Below are positions 35,924-44,142 of a stretch of 64,000 nucleotides of DNA, piece by piece; position 1 is the first letter of the stretch; every line of letters begins with the position of its first letter. The notes beneath the pieces were generated by a model that was not told the origin of the DNA, searched no databases, and worked only from the letters and a program-made list of their open reading frames with translations. The position numbers were made by a program, and so were the translations under genes. The stretch covers positions 133,295-197,294 of the forward strand of contig CAZQNA010000003.1 in assembly GCA_964594835.1 (NCBI GenBank), read 5' to 3'. Source of the stretch: an uncultured Nitrososphaerota archaeon. GTDB lineage: Archaea > Korarchaeota > Korarchaeia > Korarchaeales > Korarchaeaceae.

Positions 35924-37981
35924 TCACGCTGTCTGGAGTGGCTGGCCTGTGAGGGGCCGGCGGCAGAGGTTAATCAACTCTCTGAACGGCCTGGCCGCCC
36001 TCTCGAGCCACGCGAGGTATCTCTCCACCGAGTAGCCCCCGGGACCCAGGTCTATCGGGTAAGGCGTCTTGGCCTCCACGTACCTGATGGCTCCAGTCGA
36101 CCCAAGCCCGGGTCCGAGCCCCCGAGCCGCCACGACGTGGGGCAGGGACCTCTCGTACCTCTCCGGGTCCCGGGACAGCCTCCTCTCCACCACGAGGTCG
36201 GCGAGGTCCACGTCCCCCCGCGTCAGCCTCCGGCCCCAGGACCTAAAGACCCTGACGGTCTCGACCAACACCCCCGCGAGTTCCTCGGGAGACTCGGCCC
36301 GCTCCAGCCGGGTGAGGGCCTCTCTGGCAGCCTTTCTCACCATAGGAGGGGCGTCCCTCCTAGAGAACTCCAGCCCCTTGACCTTGAAGGGGCCCCACTC
36401 CGTCTCCCCGGACCGGAGCCTCCCCAGGTACCTTGAGGGCACCCCCTCCCCCGTCGTGGCGCCTGAGAAGAAGGCGACCCACTCGTACTCGGCCTCCACC
36501 TTCAGGCCGTACCCAGTCTCCCGCTCTATGGCCCGGACGAGCTCGTCAACATCCACGGCTGCGGAGGTGGGCTGGACGAACAGGGAGTCCACCAGCACGT
36601 GGAGCACCCTGTAGCCAGCCCTCTCGGCGGCCTCGATGGCCCTTCTGGCGACGTCCCTCGCCAGAGCGGTGACGCACTCGTAGGCCTCTATGCTCCCGAA
36701 CCTGGCGTTCCTGTATCCCAGGTACCCGAAGCACGCCACGAGCACCCACTTGACCGCCGCCTGGGCGGACTCGTACCTCCCGGCGTCCGGGCCTCCCCTC
36801 CAGACTAACTCCCTCAGCCTGGCCCTCCTCTCCACGAGCCTCCCCACGGCCTCGGATACGAGCCCCCTCCTGTCGAGGCATATTCGGTGGCCGACCTCCG
36901 GGACCGTCCTGCACGGGCCAGGGCACGAGGGGTCGTTCACCGTCTCGGGGCTCACGTTCTCCCTGGCGATTATGGAGGGGTAGAGTGAGTTGAAGTCGAG
37001 CTGGTAGACGTCCCAGTAGACCCCCGGCCTGGGCGTGAGCACGAGCCCTCCCCTGTCGGCGGCCAGGAGCTGGGAGGGGCTCTTCCAGGCCTCCACGAAC
37101 CTCCTCACCCTCGGTATCAGGTACCTCCTGCGGAGGGCAACGAAGGCCTCCGCGCTGGTGAGCACCTGGCCTATGGTGGCGTCGACCACCCGGCTCAGCG
37201 GGAGGGAGGAGATGCGGGACCACTCCACGGCCCCCCAGAGGTCGATCCCCAGAGGAGGGGGCCTTCGCAGGACGACCGCGCCTGCAGCCTTCAGCCCCCG
37301 CGCCACCCCCGGGTCCCCCAGAGCGAGCTCAGCCCAGCCCGGCGAGTCAAACGCGACCACGTGGGGGAGGAGCGACCTTATGGCGTCGGCCAGCCCGCCG
37401 GACTTGGCCCGCTCGACAGGGAGCTCGGTGGGCTCCCCCCGGAGCGGAGAGAGCCTGACTCGATCCACGGTCCGCCAAGAGGGAACGTTGGGCGCGCCGG
37501 CCCACCCCAGGAAGGACACCCTCACGGCCCTGATCTCCGGGACTTCGTAGGGGACGGAGTCGGGGTCCTCCAGGGGCCTCACCTCCCCGCCCCCGACCTC
37601 GACCCAGGAGCACGCCGTCGCCCCCCTGTCCCGGATCGCCCTCTGAATCGGGGAGGGGAACCTGTTCCACGCTTCCGCCAGGCCCAGCTCTTGAACCCTC
37701 CTCAGTATCAGGCGGGCCTCCCCCAGCTGGCAGTCCACGACGAGCACGTCAGTCTCCTCTCTATACCTCAGGGGCAGGAGCCACCGCTCCACGTCGACGG
37801 AGAGGACGCCCTCTAGCTCGGACAGGGAGTCCGCGAGCCTCTCGAGGCCTACTGACCTGGGCGTGAGGTAGAGCCTCTCCCTCACCGGCACGTCCACCTC
37901 AGACAGGCCGCCGGACTCGCCCAGGAGGGTCAGCCTCAGCGATTCCCCATTCACTCGGGCGTCTAGGAGCCAGCCCCTCAA
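35924..37981 (-). CDS. Family B DNA polymerase, PolB2 group
   Basis: MRGWLLD start; DFNSLYPSII; KWVLVACFGYLGY; HVLVDS in place of YGDTDS; degenerate exonuclease domain. Confidence 0.9.
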   Translation of the reverse strand: MRGWLLDARVNGESLRLTLLGESGGLSEVDVPVRERLYLTPRSVGLERLADSLSELEGVLSVDVERWLLPLRYREETDVLVVDCQLGEARLILRRVQELGLAEAWNRFPSPIQRAIRDRGATACSWVEVGGGEVRPLEDPDSVPYEVPEIRAVRVSFLGWAGAPNVPSWRTVDRVRLSPLRGEPTELPVERAKSGGLADAIRSLLPHVVAFDSPGWAELALGDPGVARGLKAAGAVVLRRPPPLGIDLWGAVEWSRISSLPLSRVVDATIGQVLTSAEAFVALRRRYLIPRVRRFVEAWKSPSQLLAADRGGLVLTPRPGVYWDVYQLDFNSLYPSIIARENVSPETVNDPSCPGPCRTVPEVGHRICLDRRGLVSEAVGRLVERRARLRELVWRGGPDAGRYESAQAAVKWVLVACFGYLGYRNARFGSIEAYECVTALARDVARRAIEAAERAGYRVLHVLVDSLFVQPTSAAVDVDELVRAIERETGYGLKVEAEYEWVAFFSGATTGEGVPSRYLGRLRSGETEWGPFKVKGLEFSRRDAPPMVRKAAREALTRLERAESPEELAGVLVETVRVFRSWGRRLTRGDVDLADLVVERRLSRDPERYERSLPHVVAARGLGPGLGSTGAIRYVEAKTPYPIDLGPGGYSVERYLAWLERAARPFRELINLCRRPLTGQPLQTA

Positions 37982-38088
37982 GCCTGACGCGACGGCCCTT
38001 GGGAGGAGATTACGAAATCGGGTCCCGAAGTCCTGGGCAGGTCCAGGGATAGTTTTCGATTAATAGCGGCGCCCGTGGCTGCCCCGGC

Positions 38089-38508
38089 CTACTCTGTGAT
38101 CCTCGCTATCCCCGGGAGCCTGTCGAAGTCCCGGTCGAAGGAGTAGATCTCCCTTATTCCCTGAGAAAGCATGATCACGTAGGCCATCGCGTCGCTGAGA
38201 CCCACTTCGTGCTCTATGGAGACCGTCAGCGCCTCCGAGCAGATCCTGCGGTCCACCGCCAGCAGCGACACGTTGGGCGCCCTGACTAGGAACTCCTCTA
38301 CCTGCGCGGCCATCCTCCTCGAGAGGTGGGCCTCCAAGAGGTTAGCTACCTCGGCGAGCTGGACGATCGTCATGGCAACCTCCTCGCCTTCGTTTATCCT
38401 GCGGACGATCGACTTGGCGCTCTCCTTAATTCGCCTCTCGTGGGGTTGAAGCTTCCTCTTCGGCCTGAGGAACGCGTGGACGAATACGCTAGCGTCTACC
38501 AGCCTCAA
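38089..38508 (-). CDS. vapC: VapC PIN-domain toxin
   Basis: LVDASVF...E...DA...IYSFDRDFD. Confidence 0.93.
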   Translation of the reverse strand: MRLVDASVFVHAFLRPKRKLQPHERRIKESAKSIVRRINEGEEVAMTIVQLAEVANLLEAHLSRRMAAQVEEFLVRAPNVSLLAVDRRICSEALTVSIEHEVGLSDAMAYVIMLSQGIREIYSFDRDFDRLPGIARITE

Positions 38509-38746
38509 GGAGCTCCCTCCTGACCGACTTCCAGTCGGACAGATCCGAGCGGAGGTCCACCTCTATGGAGTCGAACAGCTTGGTCAGGTCCGGAGGTCTG
38601 TAGGGGGCTATCACCAGCCTGTCACCCTCCTCCTTGACGATCACCCTGTCGGTCCTGAGGTGCCTCTCCCTCCACCTCTTGGGGAGTACCACCCTTCCCT
38701 GCTTATCCACTCTCCTTACTTCTTCCACTTTCTCTTTCATTCCCAT
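38489..38746 (-). CDS. AbrB-type VapB antitoxin
   Basis: RRVDKQGRVVLPK; palindrome TTCCCA-TAATT-TGGGGAA over the start codon. Confidence 0.9.
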   Translation of the reverse strand: MGMKEKVEEVRRVDKQGRVVLPKRWRERHLRTDRVIVKEEGDRLVIAPYRPPDLTKLFDSIEVDLRSDLSDWKSVRRELLEAGRR

Positions 38747-38839
38747 AATTTGGGGAAACCCATCTACAAAAGTGTTTCTACAAGGGTGAGGGAGCGGTCA
38801 AGGGGACCTAACAGAAGGTGAGCGTAGCCTGTTGGCCTT

Positions 38840-39241
38840 CTAGGTTATTTCTCGGGGATCTACCCGCCCTGGCAGCCGTTGTGAGTTTGCTGATCGGATC
38901 CAAAACAGGCCGCGCCAACTCCACCGAGGTCTCGCGGGGTCGCCTTCGCTGATCCCTCCCGGACCCCTCTGCCACTGGTCGGGAGTTTCACGGTTCTCGC
39001 GGCCCAGTTCGCGGTATCCAGGCCCTCGCGGATCCCCTGAGGAGAACTCGTAGGCCACGCCGTCGTGAGTCCTATCGCGGGACCCGAGCATTAAGAGGAC
39101 CGCCCTCGCAGCGTTGAACGCGGCATAATACGCCCTACCCACCGCGTCCGATAGGAAGCCGGACCTGAGAAGGTGATCCGCGCTCTAAAGCTTCTCCCTG
39201 GAGAACTCGAGGAGAGACTTTGCCTAGATCAGCGGGTCCAT
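38840..39241 (-). pseudogene. HEPN-domain pseudogene
   Basis: MDPLI*AKSLLEFSREKL*SADHLLRSGFLSDAVGRAYYAAFNAARA...RTHDGV; in-frame TAGs at 39224-39226 and 39185-39187; C-terminal half degenerate. Confidence 0.85.
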
Positions 39242-39531
39242 ATCACCACGCCCTCCTGCCTCGCCCTCCTGATCACCCCCCAGCGGGCCTCCGAGAAGTC
39301 TCTCTCCGTCACCACGAGCACGGTGACCGGCACCCCTGTCTCCACGTAGACTTCTGCAGCCGCCGCGGAGGCCTCCGCCTTGGCCCTAGAGAGGAGGTCA
39401 TCTTTCACGACCAGCATCAGGTCGAGGTCGCTGTGAGGCCCCGCATCCCCCCTGGCGGCGCTGCCGAACAGCACGAGCTTCAAGGCCCCTGGGATCCTAG
39501 AGAGTCCCTCAGAGGCCCTCTCCAGGGCCAA
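39229..39531 (-). CDS. Minimal nucleotidyltransferase (MNT antitoxin)
   Basis: LFGSAARGD...SDLDL. Confidence 0.9.
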   Translation of the reverse strand: MALERASEGLSRIPGALKLVLFGSAARGDAGPHSDLDLMLVVKDDLLSRAKAEASAAAAEVYVETGVPVTVLVVTERDFSEARWGVIRRARQEGVVIWTR

Positions 39532-39740
39532 CCCCCCTCAGAAGGAACATCCGCGAGCTTCACCGTTTCCCGGTTAAAAAGGTCTTCGCGAGATCCCCTG
39601 CGGATTGTGGGGCCGTCGCCCCAGCCTCGGCCGAGTCCGCTCCGCCGGAGCGCCTGGGGAGCGCGGGGCGATGTGAAAACTTTCTCCAGGCAGTACCGGC
39701 GACTACAGGCCCGGTTTACTTTTTCCCGCGTACGTCGGAC

Positions 39741-40448
39741 ATGTGGGGGATGCTCACCCTGGCCGGCCGGCGCGGGGGCGGGGTGGCCCTCGGGACGGGC
39801 GTCGACGGGCTCGACAGGCTGCTCGGCGGAGGGGTTGAGGAGCGCTCCCTGACCGAGTTCTACTCCCCGAGCCTCAGGATCGTAAGCCTGCTGTATCACA
39901 GGATCGCCGTGCTGGCCTCGACGAGGGGGCGGACGCTGGCGATTCACGTGCAGGACTTCGGCGGGCTCGACCCCTACCTGCTCAGGTCCATGGCCAGGAG
40001 GCTCGGGGTGGGCTGGCGATCCGTGGAGGAGAACCTCAGGGTGGCCAGGGCCTTCAAGCTCGAGGACGCCCTGGACCTGCTGTTGAGGGCCTGGGGCGAG
40101 GAGGTGGAGTTCGCGCTGGTGTTTGACCCCTACCTGCACGTGGAGTGGCGGGAGGCCTGGACGGCCACGCGCCTCACCCAGCTTCTCAGGAGGCTCTCGC
40201 TCGACGGGACCGTGATCTCGTTCAACAGGTGCTCCTTGGATGGCCGGGGGTGGTCCCCCCTCGGCGGGACCTATCACGCCCACTCGGTCCACGTGGCCGT
40301 GAGGCTTGACCCCCGACCCAGAGGGCTGGTGAGGGCAACGCTGGTTAAGCACCCCTCTAGGCCCGGGGCGTCGGTGTGGGTGACGGTTGGGGAGATGGGA
40401 GGCGCGTCTCCGTGGGGAGGTCTGCCCCGACTCTCAGAGTGGCTGTGA
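39741..40448 (+). CDS. RadA/RecA-like protein with degenerate P-loop (PolB2-associated)
   Basis: TGVDGLDRLLGGG...LTEFY, VARAF, PLGG...AH, RATLVKHP; no GKT/S. Confidence 0.8.
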   Translation: MWGMLTLAGRRGGGVALGTGVDGLDRLLGGGVEERSLTEFYSPSLRIVSLLYHRIAVLASTRGRTLAIHVQDFGGLDPYLLRSMARRLGVGWRSVEENLRVARAFKLEDALDLLLRAWGEEVEFALVFDPYLHVEWREAWTATRLTQLLRRLSLDGTVISFNRCSLDGRGWSPLGGTYHAHSVHVAVRLDPRPRGLVRATLVKHPSRPGASVWVTVGEMGGASPWGGLPRLSEWL

Positions 40449-40690
40449 GGAGGGAGATCGAGAGGCTGCGGAGGATCGCTAGGTCGGAGCGCGATCCAAG
40501 GATCAGGAGTGAGTTCGAGAGACTGCTGAGGGGCGGGGAACTCCTGCTGGACGCCTTCGGAGCGGGGCCAGAGCCCCCCCAGGACGCCATGGAAGCCGTC
40601 CTGCTGGGGGTGATCGCGGGCCTGGCCCTGAGGGTGAGGGAGCTGGAGCAGGCCACTGAGGGGCAGGGTTCCAGGAAGGGAAATCCCTAG
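40412..40690 (+). CDS. Small helical PolB2-associated protein (arCOG07300-like)
   Basis: MGRSAPTLR N-terminus resembles the MGRT.PT.R pattern of PolB2-operon small proteins. Confidence 0.65.
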   Translation: MGRSAPTLRVAVRREIERLRRIARSERDPRIRSEFERLLRGGELLLDAFGAGPEPPQDAMEAVLLGVIAGLALRVRELEQATEGQGSRKGNP

Positions 40691-41086
40691 CTCAGGCCGC
40701 CGCAAAGCGCCTGCGCCATAGGCTGGGAGTCTCAACCCACCCACGCACCCTCACCAAGTGGCCCGTGCGGTTGAGGCTGAGTTCTGGGGTATGTCCGCGG
40801 ATTGGCGTTTCATGAATCCAATCTGAGACCTCTACGTCCGTCCGCCTGAAGCGTTCCTTGCCCCCCAGCATGGCGGTCCCTAGAAGGTCGTGGGCGGAGC
40901 GCTGGCGGCAGCCGTGGGTTGACGCTCCCCTCCAGGGCCCTTAGACCAATGAGGCTGGTCTTGAGCAGCAGCTCGCTGATGTTCTGAGCTTCCGATCCCC
41001 AAGAGACCGGCTTACCGCACCGTTTCGGCTCGATCCAGGGGGATCCCTCTTAGCCTGCGCTCCGCACCCCTCCTCCCCGAGCCATC

Positions 41087-44000
41087 ATGGGAAGGCGCGC
41101 GCTTGCTCTGATCTCAGCCCTCGCCCTGATCGCGGCTGAGGTGCCGTCGGTGCTCACCTCACCGGTCTGCGCGGATCCAAGCCCGGGCGAGCCTTCCGTC
41201 AACGAAGCTCAGAGGCAGGTAGAGTCGTTCTACAACCTCACCCTGATAGAGTCCCTGTCTCTCAAGGAGCTGGGGTGGGTGGAACTCCAGAGGAGCGACC
41301 GAGGGTCCGTGAGGGTTATTGAGGGAGAGTTCACGGCGGGCTGCTTTGAGGGCTACACTAGGCGCGGCGAGCTGATAGAGGTCCCACTCAGCATGAGGGC
41401 CGTCGCGATAATACCCAATTGCCCGAGCGAGAGGGGCATCGTCCTGGCCGTGCACGAAGAGTCAAACCTCGAGGGGAAGTGGTCCAGGTATGGGGAGGAG
41501 CTGATCGAGCTATCGCGAGAGACGGGAATTCCCATACTCATGTACGGCCAGGAGAGGAGGAGCATAGAGCCCTTCTCGCTGGACAGGGGCGCGCTGACCC
41601 TCGTGACGTTCTACGCCCTGACTTTCCTCAACAGGGGGAACACGGACGTGGTGACGGCCAACTTCATCCTGGCCCTCGCCAGGACGCAGAGCTACGCGAT
41701 AACCGTACTGCAGAAGCTGGTCGAGTCTCTCGGCGGCAAGGTGGAGGGGGTCGCCTTCATGGCGGGATCTAAGGAGGGCTACGCCCAGTGGATCGCCAGC
41801 ACGGTCGACGACAGGATAGAGGTCTCCTCCCCAGGGGGCTTCAAGATGGAGAACCTCACGGCGGCGATGGACGAGGGCGTCTCACAGTGGGGCTGCTACA
41901 ACCCGTACCTGGAGAAGAGGAAGGGGAACTGGAGCGAGATGCTCAGGCTTAAGACCTTTCTGGCCGAGAGGAGGGACGTCGAGGCCGAGATCTCAGTCGC
42001 CAAGAGGATCGAGCGGGGGCTGGCCAAGGCGGAACTCTACGTCGTGACCGGAGACGTCGGCGCGTACGGGACGCACGACGGGAAGCACTACCCGCTGGGG
42101 TCCGCCGAGGCCGAGTTCTTGGGGTCGCTGGACGACGTCAGCTGGGTCTACTCCCTCGACACCCCGGACGGTGAAGCCGAGCCTTCCTTCCTGAGGAAGG
42201 TCAAGACGCTGGCCTGGGTGCTGCTGAGCGACGGGAACAGGGAGGAGGCTTTGAGGTACAGGCCCGACCCAACCCTGGAAGTCGTTCCCGGGCAGTTCCG
42301 CGTCGAGGCGAGGGTGCCCTCAAGCCCAGACCGCGTGCTCCTCTACTACGCGCTCTCCGGCGACAAGGTGTGGAACTCCCCAGAGGTCTCCTGGGAGAGG
42401 GTGGAGATGAGCTTTGACCCGAGCCGGGGGGCCTGGGTCTCCCCCGTGCTCCCCTACCCGCCGGGCCTCGACCTGGCCTACGCGGTGGTCGTCGAGGAGA
42501 ACCTGACCCTGGTCAACTCCACATTCACCGCTAGGTTCTCGACGCCCCTCCAGCTCCACGAGGTCCTGCCCCCTAAGACCTGCGCCTACGACCCAGCGTG
42601 CGTGCCCGGGAGGATCTGCGTCTCCGACAGGAGCGACTACGAGCCGGGCGACGTGCTGAACGTTGAGCCCCTGGGCGTAGAGTCTCCTCGCGAGGGAGGG
42701 AAGTACGAGGTCGCCGTGCTCTACGTCGACTTCTGGAGCGAGGCCTACGGGGGCGTGCGGATAGGGGCCAAGCTGTTCTGGCCTATTGGAGAGCCTCCCT
42801 CTGATGGCTGGCCCGTGAAGATATTCTCCCACGGATACGGAGGTCCGGGCTCCGACTACTGGCACTACCCCTTCGTCGACGAGCCGAGCGGAGGGCCCAG
42901 AGGTAACTCCTGGGGAGCGACTTACGCGAGCCACGGCTTCGTGTCCCTCAACCCTTGGCAGGCCGGCGCGGGCCCCTCTGAGCCCTTCATGGGCTACTCC
43001 CCCCTATCCATATGGGAGACCAAGAAGGTCCTCTTCGACGGGCTGAAGGCGCTAGAAAAACTGCCCGAGTTCATGAGGGACAACGAGACCGCGTTGAGCT
43101 GGCTGGAGAGGCGCGGCCTCGACTCCAGCGCCCTGAGGCTGGACTTCAGCAGGGTGGTCGTGAGCACGAACTGCATCTCCACGCCCACGCTCGTGGCCTT
43201 CGCTCAGGAGCTCACATTGAACCGGAGCCGGCACCCGGAGGCCTGGGGAGTCAGGGCCTTCGTCGCCGACACCTTCAACCCGAGCGTGGCCTACATCTGC
43301 CACTGCCTGACGCCGACCCTGGCGGAGAACTACACGGGAAGGGCGGCGCTTGCCCACCTAAACATCTGGATCAGCGTCGTCTGGACACTGGCGGAGGAGA
43401 GAGGCTGGGACAAGGACTTGTTCTTCACGGACGAGCTGATCAAGCTCTACTCTGCCCCCAGGATGACCCCCGCTGGCGTGATGCCCTTAGTGAGGTCTGC
43501 GCAAGTCGAGCCTCCTAGCGAGTCCGACCTCGTGGCCCCGATGTGGTCCTACCTGACGGAGAGGTACGGGTTCAACGAGAGCACTCCAGGGATTGAGATA
43601 GCGAGGGTGCTGCTGACGGAGCCCATGCTGAGGCTCATGACCGAGGGAGAGGGGGACATGGGGGCCATACTAGAGGATCCCTTCTACAGGGCCTACTTCG
43701 CTCAGACCGACCCCTTCTTCGAGGAGAACGTGGAGCCGTTCGACCCCGGCGTGCCCCTGATCGTGCTGATGTCCGGGAGCGACTCGGAATTCTACGAAGC
43801 CGTGGGGCCCTCCTCGTGGCACGCAGAGTGCATGTCCATCCCGAGAGTGGAGACGCTCCGCTCTTGGGGGTGGGACGCGGAGTACCTGTATGAGAGGGGG
43901 AGGGACTTCAGCTCGACCGAAGGAGAGGGCTTGGAGTGGTGCCTGGAGAGGCTGAGCGAGGAGCTCTATGGCGGTGAACCGCCGAGGCCGCCTGAGGATG

Positions 44001-44137
44001 GAAGGGTGAGCTGGATCGAGGCGCTCCTAGCCCCGACACTCGTTGCCGCCGCCTTTGTGCTCGTACTGATCTGGCTCAAGATCAGGAAGGGAAGAACGAG
44101 GAGCGAGCCTGACTCCTCGAGCGTTTCGGGAGGCTGA
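41087..44137 (+). CDS. Large secreted, membrane-anchored tandem alpha/beta-hydrolase (PqaA-like plus second hydrolase)
   Basis: Signal peptide; AGSKEG elbow then W...DDRI; second domain FSHGYGG; C-terminal TM with basic tail. Confidence 0.7.
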   Translation: MGRRALALISALALIAAEVPSVLTSPVCADPSPGEPSVNEAQRQVESFYNLTLIESLSLKELGWVELQRSDRGSVRVIEGEFTAGCFEGYTRRGELIEVPLSMRAVAIIPNCPSERGIVLAVHEESNLEGKWSRYGEELIELSRETGIPILMYGQERRSIEPFSLDRGALTLVTFYALTFLNRGNTDVVTANFILALARTQSYAITVLQKLVESLGGKVEGVAFMAGSKEGYAQWIASTVDDRIEVSSPGGFKMENLTAAMDEGVSQWGCYNPYLEKRKGNWSEMLRLKTFLAERRDVEAEISVAKRIERGLAKAELYVVTGDVGAYGTHDGKHYPLGSAEAEFLGSLDDVSWVYSLDTPDGEAEPSFLRKVKTLAWVLLSDGNREEALRYRPDPTLEVVPGQFRVEARVPSSPDRVLLYYALSGDKVWNSPEVSWERVEMSFDPSRGAWVSPVLPYPPGLDLAYAVVVEENLTLVNSTFTARFSTPLQLHEVLPPKTCAYDPACVPGRICVSDRSDYEPGDVLNVEPLGVESPREGGKYEVAVLYVDFWSEAYGGVRIGAKLFWPIGEPPSDGWPVKIFSHGYGGPGSDYWHYPFVDEPSGGPRGNSWGATYASHGFVSLNPWQAGAGPSEPFMGYSPLSIWETKKVLFDGLKALEKLPEFMRDNETALSWLERRGLDSSALRLDFSRVVVSTNCISTPTLVAFAQELTLNRSRHPEAWGVRAFVADTFNPSVAYICHCLTPTLAENYTGRAALAHLNIWISVVWTLAEERGWDKDLFFTDELIKLYSAPRMTPAGVMPLVRSAQVEPPSESDLVAPMWSYLTERYGFNESTPGIEIARVLLTEPMLRLMTEGEGDMGAILEDPFYRAYFAQTDPFFEENVEPFDPGVPLIVLMSGSDSEFYEAVGPSSWHAECMSIPRVETLRSWGWDAEYLYERGRDFSSTEGEGLEWCLERLSEELYGGEPPRPPEDGRVSWIEALLAPTLVAAAFVLVLIWLKIRKGRTRSEPDSSSVSGG

Positions 44138-44142
44138 CTGAT

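Noticed and set aside
39185-39226. Amber (TAG) recoding or pyrrolysine, suggested by two in-frame TAGs in the HEPN gene
   Set aside because: Many intact genes here end at TAG (cydA', sfsA, vapC, csaA-like), and the HEPN C-terminal half is also degenerate, so this is ordinary pseudogenisation.
31455-39690. Sulfolobus DNA-damage element-like ANTTTC/AATAGTTTC motifs near polB2 and the RadA-like gene
   Set aside because: Too short and inconsistently placed to separate from chance.
40691-41086. Unassigned 400-bp spacer (also 57470-57900 and 61700-61940)
   Set aside because: No recognisable ORF, repeat or RNA structure; probably decayed sequence.
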